A stretch of DNA of 63,998 nt, counting the filler, from an uncultured bacterium (GTDB lineage: Bacteria > CAYSBA01), in the NCBI GenBank assembly GCA_964429075.1. It is 10 parts of 10 records of this genome, joined end to end, with 100 filler letters (N's around TTAATTAATTAA, not from the genome) between each part and the next. Parts side by side here need not be neighbours in the genome. Positions count along the whole stretch, not along the records: positions 39,887 to 46,378 come from CAYSBA010000077.1; positions 46,479 to 52,967 come from CAYSBA010000078.1; positions 53,068 to 59,555 come from CAYSBA010000079.1; 7 more parts are not named here. One strand, given 5' to 3'. The position numbers were made by a program, and so were the translations under genes. The stretch's first letter is position 1. Each line of letters starts with the position of its first letter. Below, piece by piece: positions 45,067-55,120 of the stretch. The notes under the pieces were generated by a model. It saw only the letters and a list, made by a program, of their open reading frames with translations, searched no databases and was not told where the DNA came from.

Positions 45067-46167
45067 ATGAAAAAAACACTCGGAATATACATCCATGTTC
45101 CTCTCTGCAGAAAGAGATGTCCCTACTGCCACTTTTACTCTGTAACAAACTACGACGATTCAATAATATCAGGTTTAATAGACAGATACATCCAGGAGTT
45201 AAAGAATTTCTCATCACTAAGACAAGATCATTGGATTCAATCAATATATTTCGGTGGTGGCACACCATCTATTTTGTCCTGCAATGATATAGAGAGAATA
45301 ATCAATGAGATATTGAGAATCTTTGCAACAGATGGTGAATTTGAGATTACAATCGAGTTAAATCCAGAAGATTTTGCAAAGATAAAAGATCTTATATCAT
45401 GTGGTATAAATAGATTCAGTGTGGGTGTACAGTCGTTAAATGATTCAGTCTTAAGAAGGCTCAAAAGGATGAGTGATAAGATATTAAACATAAGGGTGAT
45501 TAAAGAACTTGTAAGAAAAAATGTAAGTGTCAGTGCTGATATAATTTATGGTGTAAATGTAGAAAATAGAGATGTGTCAGAGGAGATAAGAGAGTTGCTA
45601 TACTTAGATATAGATCATATTTCTGTTTATGAACTTGAAACAGACAATACGAGTTTGCTGGCCTCACTTTTACAGAGAGAAGAGGAGTGGTGCAGGATTT
45701 TAGATGTCTTAGAACGATCGGAACTTTTAAGATACGAGGTCTCAAATTTCTCAAAACAGGATCAGTTTTGTAAACACAATATGTTATACTGGCAGATGGG
45801 AGACTGGTTAGGCATAGGGCCTTCGGCTGTTGGCAATCTGAATTATAAAAGAGGCTTTATACGGATTGAACATCCAATGACTCTTGGCGAGTATCTGTAT
45901 GGTAGCCATGCAAAGATCAGCAGAATTTACGAGAAAGATGCCTTTGTTGAATATCTCATTATGGCACTGAGGACAAAAAAGGGTGCATTGTGGAAAAAAC
46001 TGAAATCTTTTAACATACCGAATGAGATATCTCACCTTAAAGAGGTTATAGATAGATACAGTTTTCTTGTTGATGAAGGGCTACTAATGTTAGATGATAC
46101 GGGAATTCGTTTGACAACGGCTGGACTTGACCGGTATAATAGTATCGTTGTGAATCTCTTGCATTAA
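45067..46167 (+). CDS. hemW: radical SAM heme chaperone HemW-like
   Basis: YIHVPLCRKRCPYCHF, GGGTPS, YEVSNF and HNMLYW. Confidence 0.85.
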   Translation: MKKTLGIYIHVPLCRKRCPYCHFYSVTNYDDSIISGLIDRYIQELKNFSSLRQDHWIQSIYFGGGTPSILSCNDIERIINEILRIFATDGEFEITIELNPEDFAKIKDLISCGINRFSVGVQSLNDSVLRRLKRMSDKILNIRVIKELVRKNVSVSADIIYGVNVENRDVSEEIRELLYLDIDHISVYELETDNTSLLASLLQREEEWCRILDVLERSELLRYEVSNFSKQDQFCKHNMLYWQMGDWLGIGPSAVGNLNYKRGFIRIEHPMTLGEYLYGSHAKISRIYEKDAFVEYLIMALRTKKGALWKKLKSFNIPNEISHLKEVIDRYSFLVDEGLLMLDDTGIRLTTAGLDRYNSIVVNLLH

Positions 46168-46179
46168 AAGGTCTACATC

Positions 46180-46378
46180 ATGAGACTTAAAAAGATCTTT
46201 ACTACCTATTTTGTTTTTAACAAAAGGGTTTATCTGACAACCTTAAGGATACTGATGCTTCTTGTAATACTTCTTCTGTATTATTTTAGAGATCTACCCA
46301 TCTTTCCATTGGAACGATATCTCCTTGTAATATTTACCATGTTTATAGCAATTACAAGCATCGCTCCCTCTCAGATCT
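46180..46378 (+). CDS. membrane protein, 5' fragment
   Basis: Two hydrophobic segments; runs into the contig end. Confidence 0.45.
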
Positions 46379-46478
46379 NNNNNNNNNNNNNNNNNNNNNN
46401 NNNNNNNNNNNNNNNNNNNNNNTTAATTAATTAANNNNNNNNNNNNNNNNNNNNNNNNNNNNNNNNNNNNNNNNNNNN
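46379..46478. other. artificial contig spacer
   Basis: N44-TTAATTAATTAA-N44. Confidence 0.99.
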
Positions 46479-46632
46479 TAAAGGTCATCTTTTATATTTT
46501 TTCCATAGAAATTCAATTGAAATAACGAGATTTTTTGTTATTACTTTATAGAGACTATTTATAGTCCTTAAGCTACTACAATCGTCCATGCTACCTATTT
46601 GACAAAGACAAAATATCTGATATTGCTTGTAT

Positions 46633-48426
46633 ATGAAATACTTAAAAGCTCTAATATTTTCATTAGTTTTTCTATTTATCTTTAATTGTGGTGGTGACAG
46701 TCATCCACCTACCACATGTAAGTCTGATGCAGATTGCCCTACCGGTAAGGTATGCTACAAAAAGGCATGTGTTGATATCTCTGAAGCCGATAACGACGGT
46801 GATGGTGTCTCTGCAAAAGATGGTGACTGTGATGACTCAAATCCGCTTATGTACCCTGAAGCAATTGAAGACTGCGATGGTCTTGATAACGATTGTAATG
46901 GTGTGGTCGACGAAGGCTGTGAATGTGTAAATGGAGAAACACGTCCCTGCAGTAAAAATATGGGTATCTGCAAAGAGGGGACCCAGAAATGTGAAAATGG
47001 CAACTGGAGCGACTGTATAGGTGGCGTTGAACCTCTACCAATTGATGATTGTGGCGACATGCTTGATAATGACTGCGATGGTTCAGTAGATGAACTTTGC
47101 GCCTGCTCTAACGAAGGAGAACAGAGACCATGTGGTACTCCCATTGGCACATGTACAGAAGGAGTGCAGACCTGTACAAATGGACAGTGGACAGAATGTC
47201 AAAATGCTGTGTTCCCACAAGAAGAGATATGCGACGACAATCTGGATAACGATTGTGATGGCTCTATCGATGAAGGATGTACCTGTACAACCGGACAGAC
47301 CAAGGATTGTGGTATGGATGTTGGTGCCTGTTCCAAGGGGACTCAAGAATGTGTTGATGGCAAATGGAGCCTATGCGAGGGTGGAACACTACCAGAACCA
47401 GAGCTCTGTGATGGTTTAGATAATGATTGTGATGGTGAGGTGGATGAAGACTTTGTAATCCTCAACACAGGGTGCAGTGTGGGAGTGGGTGAGTGTAAGA
47501 GGGATGGATTTTATATTTGCAGCCCTGATGGTGAGGGAGTTATATGCAATGTAGAACCCGGAGAACCACACGAAGAGATCTGTGATGGTAAAGACAACGA
47601 TTGCGACGGACAGATAGATGAAGATCAGGATGGCAATCCAATGACTGTACACTGTTATGATGGACCTGATGGGACAGAAGGAGTAGGACCGTGTGTGGGA
47701 GGTGAAAAGCAGTGCATCAATGGGACATGGACGACCTGCGATGGTGAGGTTCTTCCACAACCAGAACTCTGTGATGGGCTTGATAATAATTGTGATGGTC
47801 AGGTAGATGAGATATTTTTGAATCTTGGGCAGCCCTGCAGTGTGGGTCTGGGTGAATGTGAAAGACAGGGGGTGTATATCTGTGAACCTGTTACACAACG
47901 TACAACCATCTGTGATGCAAATCCCGGGACACCACAAAATGAGGTCTGCGACGGCAAAGATAACGATTGTGATGGTCAGGTTGATGAAGAACTTACAAGG
48001 AGTTGCTCATACGGCTGTGGAGAGGGTGCAGAGGTATGTTATCAGGGTCAATGGGTAGGATGCACAGCACCACAACCTTCACAGGAAGTCTGCGATGGTA
48101 TTGATAACGACTGTGACGGACAGATAGATGAAGATTTTACCCTTGGTGGCTCCTGTTCTGTTGGTGTAGGCTCATGTAAAAGCGTAGGATTTATAATCTG
48201 TGACCCCAACGATCCTACAAGAACTGTTTGCAATGCAGTTGCCGGTCAACCTGCTGCTGAGGCCTGCGACGATGGAGTTGACAACGATTGTGATGGTCAG
48301 GTTGATGAGGATTGCGGTGGTTGTGCAAGATATTCAAACTATCTCCCCACGGCATTAGGAGGATTTATCTTTATGTTAATTTTTCGTATTAAAAAAAATA
48401 AAAAGGAGGAGCAAGAAGATGCTTAA
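46633..48426 (+). CDS. Cys-rich lipoprotein with nine MopE-related (putative metal-binding) repeats and C-terminal sorting-like tail
   Basis: Lipobox-like FIFNC; nine CDGxDNDCDGxxDE-type units; tail GGC-TM-RIKKNKK. Confidence 0.8.
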   Translation: MKYLKALIFSLVFLFIFNCGGDSHPPTTCKSDADCPTGKVCYKKACVDISEADNDGDGVSAKDGDCDDSNPLMYPEAIEDCDGLDNDCNGVVDEGCECVNGETRPCSKNMGICKEGTQKCENGNWSDCIGGVEPLPIDDCGDMLDNDCDGSVDELCACSNEGEQRPCGTPIGTCTEGVQTCTNGQWTECQNAVFPQEEICDDNLDNDCDGSIDEGCTCTTGQTKDCGMDVGACSKGTQECVDGKWSLCEGGTLPEPELCDGLDNDCDGEVDEDFVILNTGCSVGVGECKRDGFYICSPDGEGVICNVEPGEPHEEICDGKDNDCDGQIDEDQDGNPMTVHCYDGPDGTEGVGPCVGGEKQCINGTWTTCDGEVLPQPELCDGLDNNCDGQVDEIFLNLGQPCSVGLGECERQGVYICEPVTQRTTICDANPGTPQNEVCDGKDNDCDGQVDEELTRSCSYGCGEGAEVCYQGQWVGCTAPQPSQEVCDGIDNDCDGQIDEDFTLGGSCSVGVGSCKSVGFIICDPNDPTRTVCNAVAGQPAAEACDDGVDNDCDGQVDEDCGGCARYSNYLPTALGGFIFMLIFRIKKNKKEEQEDA

Positions 48427-51040
48427 AAAAATCATTACCCTTGCCCTCCTCATTCTATTGTATAATGTGGAGGTCCATGCACAGGTCTGTGAAAAACCTA
48501 ACATCCTTATACTCCTCGATAGGTCTGGGAGTATGCAGGGTCAAAAATGGTCAAGTGCCGTAAATGCAATAAACTTTATCCTCAATAATTACAGTCAAAA
48601 GGCCAGATTCGGACTGGGCATGTTCCCATCAAACAACGACTGCGGCTCAGGTAAGATATACGTCAATGTTGGTGATAACACGTCAAGTTCAATAATGAGT
48701 ACCTTAAACAGCACCTCTCCAGATGGTATGACTCCAATGGCAGCATCCATAAATACAATGAACCAGTATCCAGACCTTAAAGATCCAAACAGAAGAAATT
48801 TTCTCCTTTTGATAACTGATGGTGCCGATACATGTGCAGCAGATGTAACTAACGATCCGGTTAAGGCTGTTACAAATCTTTACAACAATATCCAGCACGT
48901 CCATACATATGTTGTGGGATTTGGATCTGGTGTTGATGCCAATGTTCTTAACAATATGGCACAGGCCGGTCATACTGCGAGAAGCACTGCTCCATACTAC
49001 TATCAGGCAGACAACCAGTCTCAGTTACAGCAGGCCCTTCAGGAGATAATAGAAAGGAGTCTTCAGGAGATTTGTGACAACAAAGATAACGATTGCGACA
49101 ACAAGATAGATGAAGATTTTCCCCAGAAAAACACAATGTGCACAAAGACTCAGGGTGGATGTGTTGCTACTGGAGTATATGTTTGTAACCAGACCGGTGA
49201 TGGGGTAGAATGTAACGCACAATTCAATCCTACCGAAGAGGTATGTGATGGAATTGATAATGACTGTGATGGTGAAATAGATGAAAATGTTGGCACAGAT
49301 AATGATGGAGATGGTTACAAAGATTGCGTAGATTGTGATGACTCTGACCCTTCTGTACATCCTGACGCAGAAGAGATCTGCGATGGTAAGGACAACAACT
49401 GTAACGGCGTCGTTGATGAATCTGATCCCCAGCTCAATCAACCCTGTGGTACAAGCGACGAAGGAGAGTGTCAATATGGGACATACATATGCTTCAATGG
49501 ACAGCTGTTCTGTCAAGGAGAGATTGGTCCTACAACAGAGATATGCGATGGAAGAGACAACGATTGCAATGGGATAGTTGATGATACCGGGCAGGATGAG
49601 GTATGTGATGATGGGATAGATAATGATTGTGACGGATTGACTGACAATGCAGATCCTGATTGTTTCGCATGTACCCCTGGAGAGACTAAACCATGTGGTA
49701 ATGATGTAGGTGCATGTTCAGTGGGTACAGCCACCTGTCAGGATGATGGAACATGGGGTGATTGTGAAGGCGGAGTACTTCCAACAACAGAAACCTGTAA
49801 TGGGATAGATGATGACTGCGATGGGTTCATTGATGAAGGTGACCTCTGTCCGAGGGGACAATTCTGTCTGTGTGGTATATGTACAAAACAATGTAAGCAG
49901 GGCGATTGCCCCTCCGGACAGGTATGTAAAAGAGACATATGTGTACCTGAAGATGCCCTATGTGCAGGTATTACCTGCAGCGATGGATATTACTGTGTAG
50001 ATGGAGAATGCGAAGATCCCTGCAGTCAAAAAGAGTGTGGTGATAATGAGATATGCAGGGTAAGGGCGTCTGACAATTCAACGAGCTGTAATCCTTCATG
50101 GGATGTTAACTGTGAAGCAATCGATTGTTATGAAACAGGATGTCAGGATGGAGAAAAATGCATCTCCGGTCAGTGTGTTCCTGATCCATGTCTGAATGTG
50201 GCATGTGATCAAAACGAATATTGTGACAATGGGGAATGCAAGAGTCTTGTTGATTGTACATCCTGTGATCAGGGTCAGGTCTGTATAGAGGGGAATTGCG
50301 TTGATTCAGACAGAACCTGCTACAATGTATACTGTAGACCCGGTAGACGCTGTGTCAATGGTGAGTGTCAGTATGATCCCTGTTACAATGTCGACTGTGG
50401 TCCCGGCCTTGTATGTGATAATGGTGAATGCATTCCTGATGACTGCGAGGCCATAACATGTCCGGCTGGTTCATACTGTAAACTTGGTAGGTGCTATATG
50501 GATCACGATACAGATCAGGATGGGATACTCGACAGACAGGACAACTGTGTTGTAACACCCAACCCAACACAAGAAGATGCTGACGATGATGGACATGGTG
50601 ATGCATGTGATAATTGCCCATCTATTGCGAATCCAGATCAGGCAGATGCTGACTCTGATGGGATAGGCGATTACTGTGACAACTGTCCCGATGTGCCCAA
50701 TCCGGACCAGATCGACTCAGACTCTGATGGACAGGGAGATGCATGTAGCACAACTTCAAGCTGTCCTGACTACGATTCCGATGGAGTATGTAATGATCAG
50801 GACAACTGTCCTGTTGTGGCCAATCCAGATCAAAAGGATTCAGATTCAGATGGCAAGGGAGATGCTTGTGATAACGATTCAAATTCAAATGTACAGATAA
50901 AAAAAGAAAAAGGTAGTAGCGGATGTGGATGCAGCTCTTCCAACAAAGATCCACTTGTTCCTATTTTGTTAATAGGATTCTTTATATTAAACCTATTCAG
51001 GAGAAGGGTTAGCTATGAAAAAATTTCAGCTAAAGGTTGA
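48419..51040 (+). CDS. VWA + MopE-repeat + Cys-rich + thrombospondin type 3 surface protein with MYXO-CTERM-like tail
   Basis: Signal peptide; MIDAS DRSGS..T..TDG; six DNDCDG-type units; four DNC..NPxQxDxDxDG units; tail GCGCSS-TM-RRR. Confidence 0.85.
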   Translation: MLKKIITLALLILLYNVEVHAQVCEKPNILILLDRSGSMQGQKWSSAVNAINFILNNYSQKARFGLGMFPSNNDCGSGKIYVNVGDNTSSSIMSTLNSTSPDGMTPMAASINTMNQYPDLKDPNRRNFLLLITDGADTCAADVTNDPVKAVTNLYNNIQHVHTYVVGFGSGVDANVLNNMAQAGHTARSTAPYYYQADNQSQLQQALQEIIERSLQEICDNKDNDCDNKIDEDFPQKNTMCTKTQGGCVATGVYVCNQTGDGVECNAQFNPTEEVCDGIDNDCDGEIDENVGTDNDGDGYKDCVDCDDSDPSVHPDAEEICDGKDNNCNGVVDESDPQLNQPCGTSDEGECQYGTYICFNGQLFCQGEIGPTTEICDGRDNDCNGIVDDTGQDEVCDDGIDNDCDGLTDNADPDCFACTPGETKPCGNDVGACSVGTATCQDDGTWGDCEGGVLPTTETCNGIDDDCDGFIDEGDLCPRGQFCLCGICTKQCKQGDCPSGQVCKRDICVPEDALCAGITCSDGYYCVDGECEDPCSQKECGDNEICRVRASDNSTSCNPSWDVNCEAIDCYETGCQDGEKCISGQCVPDPCLNVACDQNEYCDNGECKSLVDCTSCDQGQVCIEGNCVDSDRTCYNVYCRPGRRCVNGECQYDPCYNVDCGPGLVCDNGECIPDDCEAITCPAGSYCKLGRCYMDHDTDQDGILDRQDNCVVTPNPTQEDADDDGHGDACDNCPSIANPDQADADSDGIGDYCDNCPDVPNPDQIDSDSDGQGDACSTTSSCPDYDSDGVCNDQDNCPVVANPDQKDSDSDGKGDACDNDSNSNVQIKKEKGSSGCGCSSSNKDPLVPILLIGFFILNLFRRRVSYEKISAKG

Positions 51041-51227
51041 AGGCATGAAGTGTCATGGCTGTGCGACTACAATAAAAAACAAGGTAGAGTCTCTGGATGA
51101 AGACAAAATAAAATGCGAAGTCTCCCTTGAATCCAGCGAGGTAACTGTGGAGGCAAAAGAGGATTCCAAAATAAGCATCGAAGATATAAAAATTGCTATA
51201 AAAGAAGCGGGTTACAGGCCTGTTTAG
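51015..51227 (+). CDS. heavy-metal-associated (CopZ-like) chaperone
   Basis: VEGMKCHGC motif and AIKEAGY terminus; 70 aa. Confidence 0.88.
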   Translation: MKKFQLKVEGMKCHGCATTIKNKVESLDEDKIKCEVSLESSEVTVEAKEDSKISIEDIKIAIKEAGYRPV

Positions 51228-51248
51228 CCGTTAATTTACTTCATTTTA

Positions 51249-52337
51249 ATGATAGAACAGGTATTAGAAGATAGCTCATTTTGTGCATTCTGTCCCAAAT
51301 TGTGTAGAGATGTATGTCCTGCTGCATACTCTCTTCCAAGAGAGGATAATACCCCATGGGCAAGAATGTATGCACTCTATTTACTTGGTAGAAATCTGAT
51401 TGATTGGGATGAGGATATTTCTGAATCCCTTTATAGATGTATTAACTGTATGAGGTGTACCACATCATGCGAACACCATATTGACTGTGTGACAAATTTT
51501 ATTGCAGGTAGACAGGAGGTTGTACTCAGGGGCATGATCCCGAAGCATATTGAAGAGATGAAAGACAATATCCTGATACATGGCAGTCCAACCGGGAGTG
51601 ATAATCTTTCAATCATAAAAAGGTATATAGATAATATCTATCTCGCACCTGGATTTAAAGCAGTCATTTTCCCCGGCTGCTATGTGCTAGAAAAAGAGCC
51701 AGATATAATACAACCTTTAATTGATATCCTGGAAGCGGTATTCAAAGTTGACTTTGTAGGGATCTTCCCTGAAAAACTTCAATGCTGCGGGCACCTGCTC
51801 GAGGTATCTGGCTTTTTTAGAGAAGCTGAAACACACAAATCAAAACTGATCAATATGTTCTCTTCATACAGGACTGTAGTTACTCTCTGCTCGGAATGCA
51901 CATATTTTTTAAGGAAAATATTGCCTGCAAACAGGATTGAGGTTCTTCACATTACATCGTTTTTGTATAAATACATCGACAGGATAGACCCCGGGTTACG
52001 TTCAGAAGGTATTTATTACCATGATCCATGCTATCTTGCACGATATCTTACTATAACAGAACAACCAAGAGAGATACTCAAGGTGCTCGGATTCCATGTA
52101 CTGGATTTTCCAGAAAACAGAGAAGACGCCCCTTGCTGTGGCAACGGAACCTACTATAGATACACCAAGGGAGTAGAGGAAAAGAGGAGGGTCATTGCAA
52201 AATGGAGACTTGGTACCCACGATCTCTCACTCCCCGTTGCAACCTCGTGCCTTGCCTGCAGGGACGCCTTCAGGACAGTAGGGGCAAAAGCCTATACAGT
52301 GGTAGAGTTACTGATCAATCGTCTCGTCCAGATCTGA
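51249..52337 (+). CDS. Fe-S / CCG-domain protein (GlpC/HdrD-like)
   Basis: CAFCPKLCRDVCP, CINCMRCTTSC, FPGC, CCG, YHDPC and a second CCG. Confidence 0.85.
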   Translation: MIEQVLEDSSFCAFCPKLCRDVCPAAYSLPREDNTPWARMYALYLLGRNLIDWDEDISESLYRCINCMRCTTSCEHHIDCVTNFIAGRQEVVLRGMIPKHIEEMKDNILIHGSPTGSDNLSIIKRYIDNIYLAPGFKAVIFPGCYVLEKEPDIIQPLIDILEAVFKVDFVGIFPEKLQCCGHLLEVSGFFREAETHKSKLINMFSSYRTVVTLCSECTYFLRKILPANRIEVLHITSFLYKYIDRIDPGLRSEGIYYHDPCYLARYLTITEQPREILKVLGFHVLDFPENREDAPCCGNGTYYRYTKGVEEKRRVIAKWRLGTHDLSLPVATSCLACRDAFRTVGAKAYTVVELLINRLVQI

Positions 52338-52967
52338 ATCTAAGATAGGCAGGTGCATCTATATTGCCCTGTCTTACAACAGGTTTATCGGGTGAAGTGA
52401 TTCTGTTCATTACATCAGTATTTATTTCGAGCTGTGCCGGAACTGTTGGTCTTACCACCTTCTCTTCTCTAACAGAATTGGATTCCTGCTGGATATGTCT
52501 CGTTTCCTCCTGACCAAAACCTGTCGCAATAACTGTTATCTTTACCTCCTCGTGCATTTCCTGTGCAATCCTGTGGCCATATATAACAGTGGCATCGTCA
52601 GGGACAAGATCATACACAAGAGTGAGTGCTCTGTCGACTTCTCTGATTCCCATATCCTGAGGACCCTGAATATTCACAAGAAGTCCTTTTGCTCCTTCAA
52701 TACTTGCATTCTCAATCAAAGGATTATTGATTGCAGCCTCCATTGCCTTAACAGCTCTATCCTCACCTCTTGCTGTACCTATACCCATTAGGGCCATACC
52801 CTTATTTTCCATTATTGTTTTTACATCAGCAAAATCCACATTTATATGGCCACTATAAGTAATTATATCAGAGATACCACTCACTGCATCATAAAGAACC
52901 TGATCTACCAGCTTAAAGGCATCCATGATAGGCATGTCATCATCAGCAAGTTCAAGTAATTTTTGAT
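52315..52967 (-). CDS. ftsZ: cell division protein FtsZ, 3' part
   Basis: QKLL, INVDFADV, ITVIATGF and C-terminal DAPAYLR peptide. Confidence 0.95.
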
Positions 52968-53067
52968 NNNNNNNNNNNNNNNNNNNNNNNNNNNNNNNNN
53001 NNNNNNNNNNNTTAATTAATTAANNNNNNNNNNNNNNNNNNNNNNNNNNNNNNNNNNNNNNNNNNNN
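52968..53067. other. artificial contig spacer
   Basis: N44-TTAATTAATTAA-N44. Confidence 0.99.
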
Positions 53068-53069
53068 GA

Positions 53070-53546
53070 GACATCATTTCCAAGATATCCACAGACATTA
53101 CAAAAGAAGGGAAACGCAAGATAGATACCCAGAAAAAGGGTGATGACTTTTTAATACTGTTTAATAGAGATACCTTTGATGAGGCCTCACACATTTTGAT
53201 CCACTATTATCCCCATACTCACGAGATAAAGGAGATTAAATATTTTAAAGGAAAGGGTGCATACATTGGACAGGAACATATAGAATGGACCGGTAGTGTC
53301 TATGGTATGATGGTCTCAGATGTCTTTTACATCCTCGATCAAGACCTTAATGTGAAACAAAAATTGATGCTCTCTTGCTTGCCCCATACATTCAGGATTC
53401 TCTGGGGTGGTGATGATTTTTACATCTTTTATATGAACGCAGATAAAAAGATGCGTATACACAACACCGGGTGTGATGCAACTGGCTATTACACAGAATC
53501 TGAGACAAAAAGGATATACATGAACTCATTGAGCGGTAGTCTGTAA
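53070..53546 (+). CDS. hypothetical protein, 5' truncated
   Basis: The frame of ORF 53196-53546 stays open back to the contig edge. Confidence 0.55.
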   Translation, partial: DIISKISTDITKEGKRKIDTQKKGDDFLILFNRDTFDEASHILIHYYPHTHEIKEIKYFKGKGAYIGQEHIEWTGSVYGMMVSDVFYILDQDLNVKQKLMLSCLPHTFRILWGGDDFYIFYMNADKKMRIHNTGCDATGYYTESETKRIYMNSLSGSL

Positions 53547-53659
53547 GATAGGCCTTTTGCCTGTCATTCATACCCTTTATCAAAAGAAAATATTAAACAA
53601 TTTAGACAACTCAGCCACTTGACAAACCGACACATCTAATCTAAAGATTTCACCAAAGA

Positions 53660-53734
53660 GGCGGCTTAGCCAAGCGGTAAGGCAGAGGTCTGCAAAACCT
53701 CCATTCGCCGGTTCGAATCCGGCAGCCGCCTCCA
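53660..53734 (+). tRNA. tRNA-Cys (anticodon GCA), CCA encoded
   Basis: GGCGGCT/AGCCGCC acceptor, U73, GAGGT-CTGCAAA-ACCTC anticodon arm and GGTTCGAATCC. Confidence 0.96.
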
Positions 53735-53737
53735 ACC

Positions 53738-54592
53738 TCATTCCACATTCCCAAGCTGTTCCCTGATGTCGGTAACGAGTCTTTTCATCTCAACTATGTG
53801 GGGGGTTATGTATCTGTGCTGAAGCTTAGCTGATGTAGTATTTAGCTCCCTGTATATCTCCTGAGAAATTACATCAAGGGCCCTGCCGCACCTTTCTCTG
53901 TTGGTCTGCCTCTTGAACTCCTCTATATGAATCCTTATCCTATCGAGCTCCTCTGTAACAGTCAGCCTCTCTATCAGATTAGAGATTTCATACAGTACAG
54001 GTTGAGGCACCTCTGTCCAATCAGCAACCCTTTTTATCTGATCTGTGAGTTTTTGCTCTATACTTCTGTATGCATCATCGAGCTTATGGGTAATCTCACA
54101 AAGGTGGTCCTCAAGCCTTTTTAGTTTTTCATCTATCAGCGCCTTTATTTCCCTGCCCTCCCTCTTTCTGTATTCCACAAAGGAATCCAGTGCATCCCTT
54201 ACACATCCGATTATGGCCTCTTCATCTATATCTTCAGTCAAAAGTCCAAGGGCTATCTTTGATATTAATCTTACACTCAATTCTCTTACAAAGGGTTTGT
54301 CATCTTCAATGGTTTTGGTGATCTCTCTGTAGGTTGCAACCGAATTGGCTATCACCTCTTTTAGCCTGCGATCCGAACTTGCGGTAATATGAAAATATAC
54401 TCTGATGATAACACTGCCTCTACAGGCAGCCTCCTTTGCCATCTCATATATGGGCCTGTCCAAGTGTTTTACACTCTCTGGAAGATCAACTCTTATCTCT
54501 AAGGTCTTTGCGTTGTAGCCCCGTATTCTGGTCTCGATCTCTAGACCATCTATGGATCTACTGGCATCCCCAAAGCCTGTCATGCTGATCAT
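53738..54592 (-). CDS. YicC/YloC family endoribonuclease
   Basis: ISMTGFG start, EELDR, GRALD..QE..RE.NT..K and IREQLGNVE end. Confidence 0.9.
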   Translation of the reverse strand: MISMTGFGDASRSIDGLEIETRIRGYNAKTLEIRVDLPESVKHLDRPIYEMAKEAACRGSVIIRVYFHITASSDRRLKEVIANSVATYREITKTIEDDKPFVRELSVRLISKIALGLLTEDIDEEAIIGCVRDALDSFVEYRKREGREIKALIDEKLKRLEDHLCEITHKLDDAYRSIEQKLTDQIKRVADWTEVPQPVLYEISNLIERLTVTEELDRIRIHIEEFKRQTNRERCGRALDVISQEIYRELNTTSAKLQHRYITPHIVEMKRLVTDIREQLGNVE

Positions 54593-55110
54593 CCTCTTTC
54601 CCTCCTCAGCTTCTTTAGCCTCTCTCTTGCGATCTTAAGAAATCCTTTTACCTCCTTTGTCTTGTAGTCGGGATAGGTCCAGGGAAGGGCAATAAAATCC
54701 CCCCTCTCATAGATCAGTGTTACCTCCACATAAAGGTCCCTGCCAAGGGGTGTTCTATGGTATGCAACCTTCCTTGACGCAAGAAGAAGGGAACCCAGGG
54801 TAAGAAGACCTGCATCCAGATTGACCCTCCTTTTCCCCTCCCTTTCGTACCCTTTCTCTATCTCCATGCACATTTTTTTTAGATCTAAGAGACTGTGGAG
54901 TTCAACAAGCGAGGATTCCACATAGAGGATCTTGTAAAGACCCTCTCCCATTTCATCTCTGTAGTATCCAGAATAGCGATCGAAGAGATAGGGCTTGCTC
55001 TTTATGATCCCTCTTTTTAAGACCTCTTTTGTGGCCTTCTCCACAAGATCTATCTCCTGCCCCATAGAAGCTACAAAGGGCAGTGCTAGGTTGGCTTTGT
55101 TTGCTGTCAC
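54589..55110 (-). CDS. DUF4416 family protein
   Basis: YYRDEMG, RRVNLDAG and PWTYPDY. Confidence 0.85.
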   Translation of the reverse strand: MTANKANLALPFVASMGQEIDLVEKATKEVLKRGIIKSKPYLFDRYSGYYRDEMGEGLYKILYVESSLVELHSLLDLKKMCMEIEKGYEREGKRRVNLDAGLLTLGSLLLASRKVAYHRTPLGRDLYVEVTLIYERGDFIALPWTYPDYKTKEVKGFLKIARERLKKLRRERG

Positions 55111-55120
55111 AACAGGGCCC

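Noticed and set aside
46627-51040. CRISPR-like or DGR-like nucleotide repeats
   Set aside because: The repeats are codon-degenerate protein repeats; I saw no identical repeat-spacer array, cas gene or reverse transcriptase in the window
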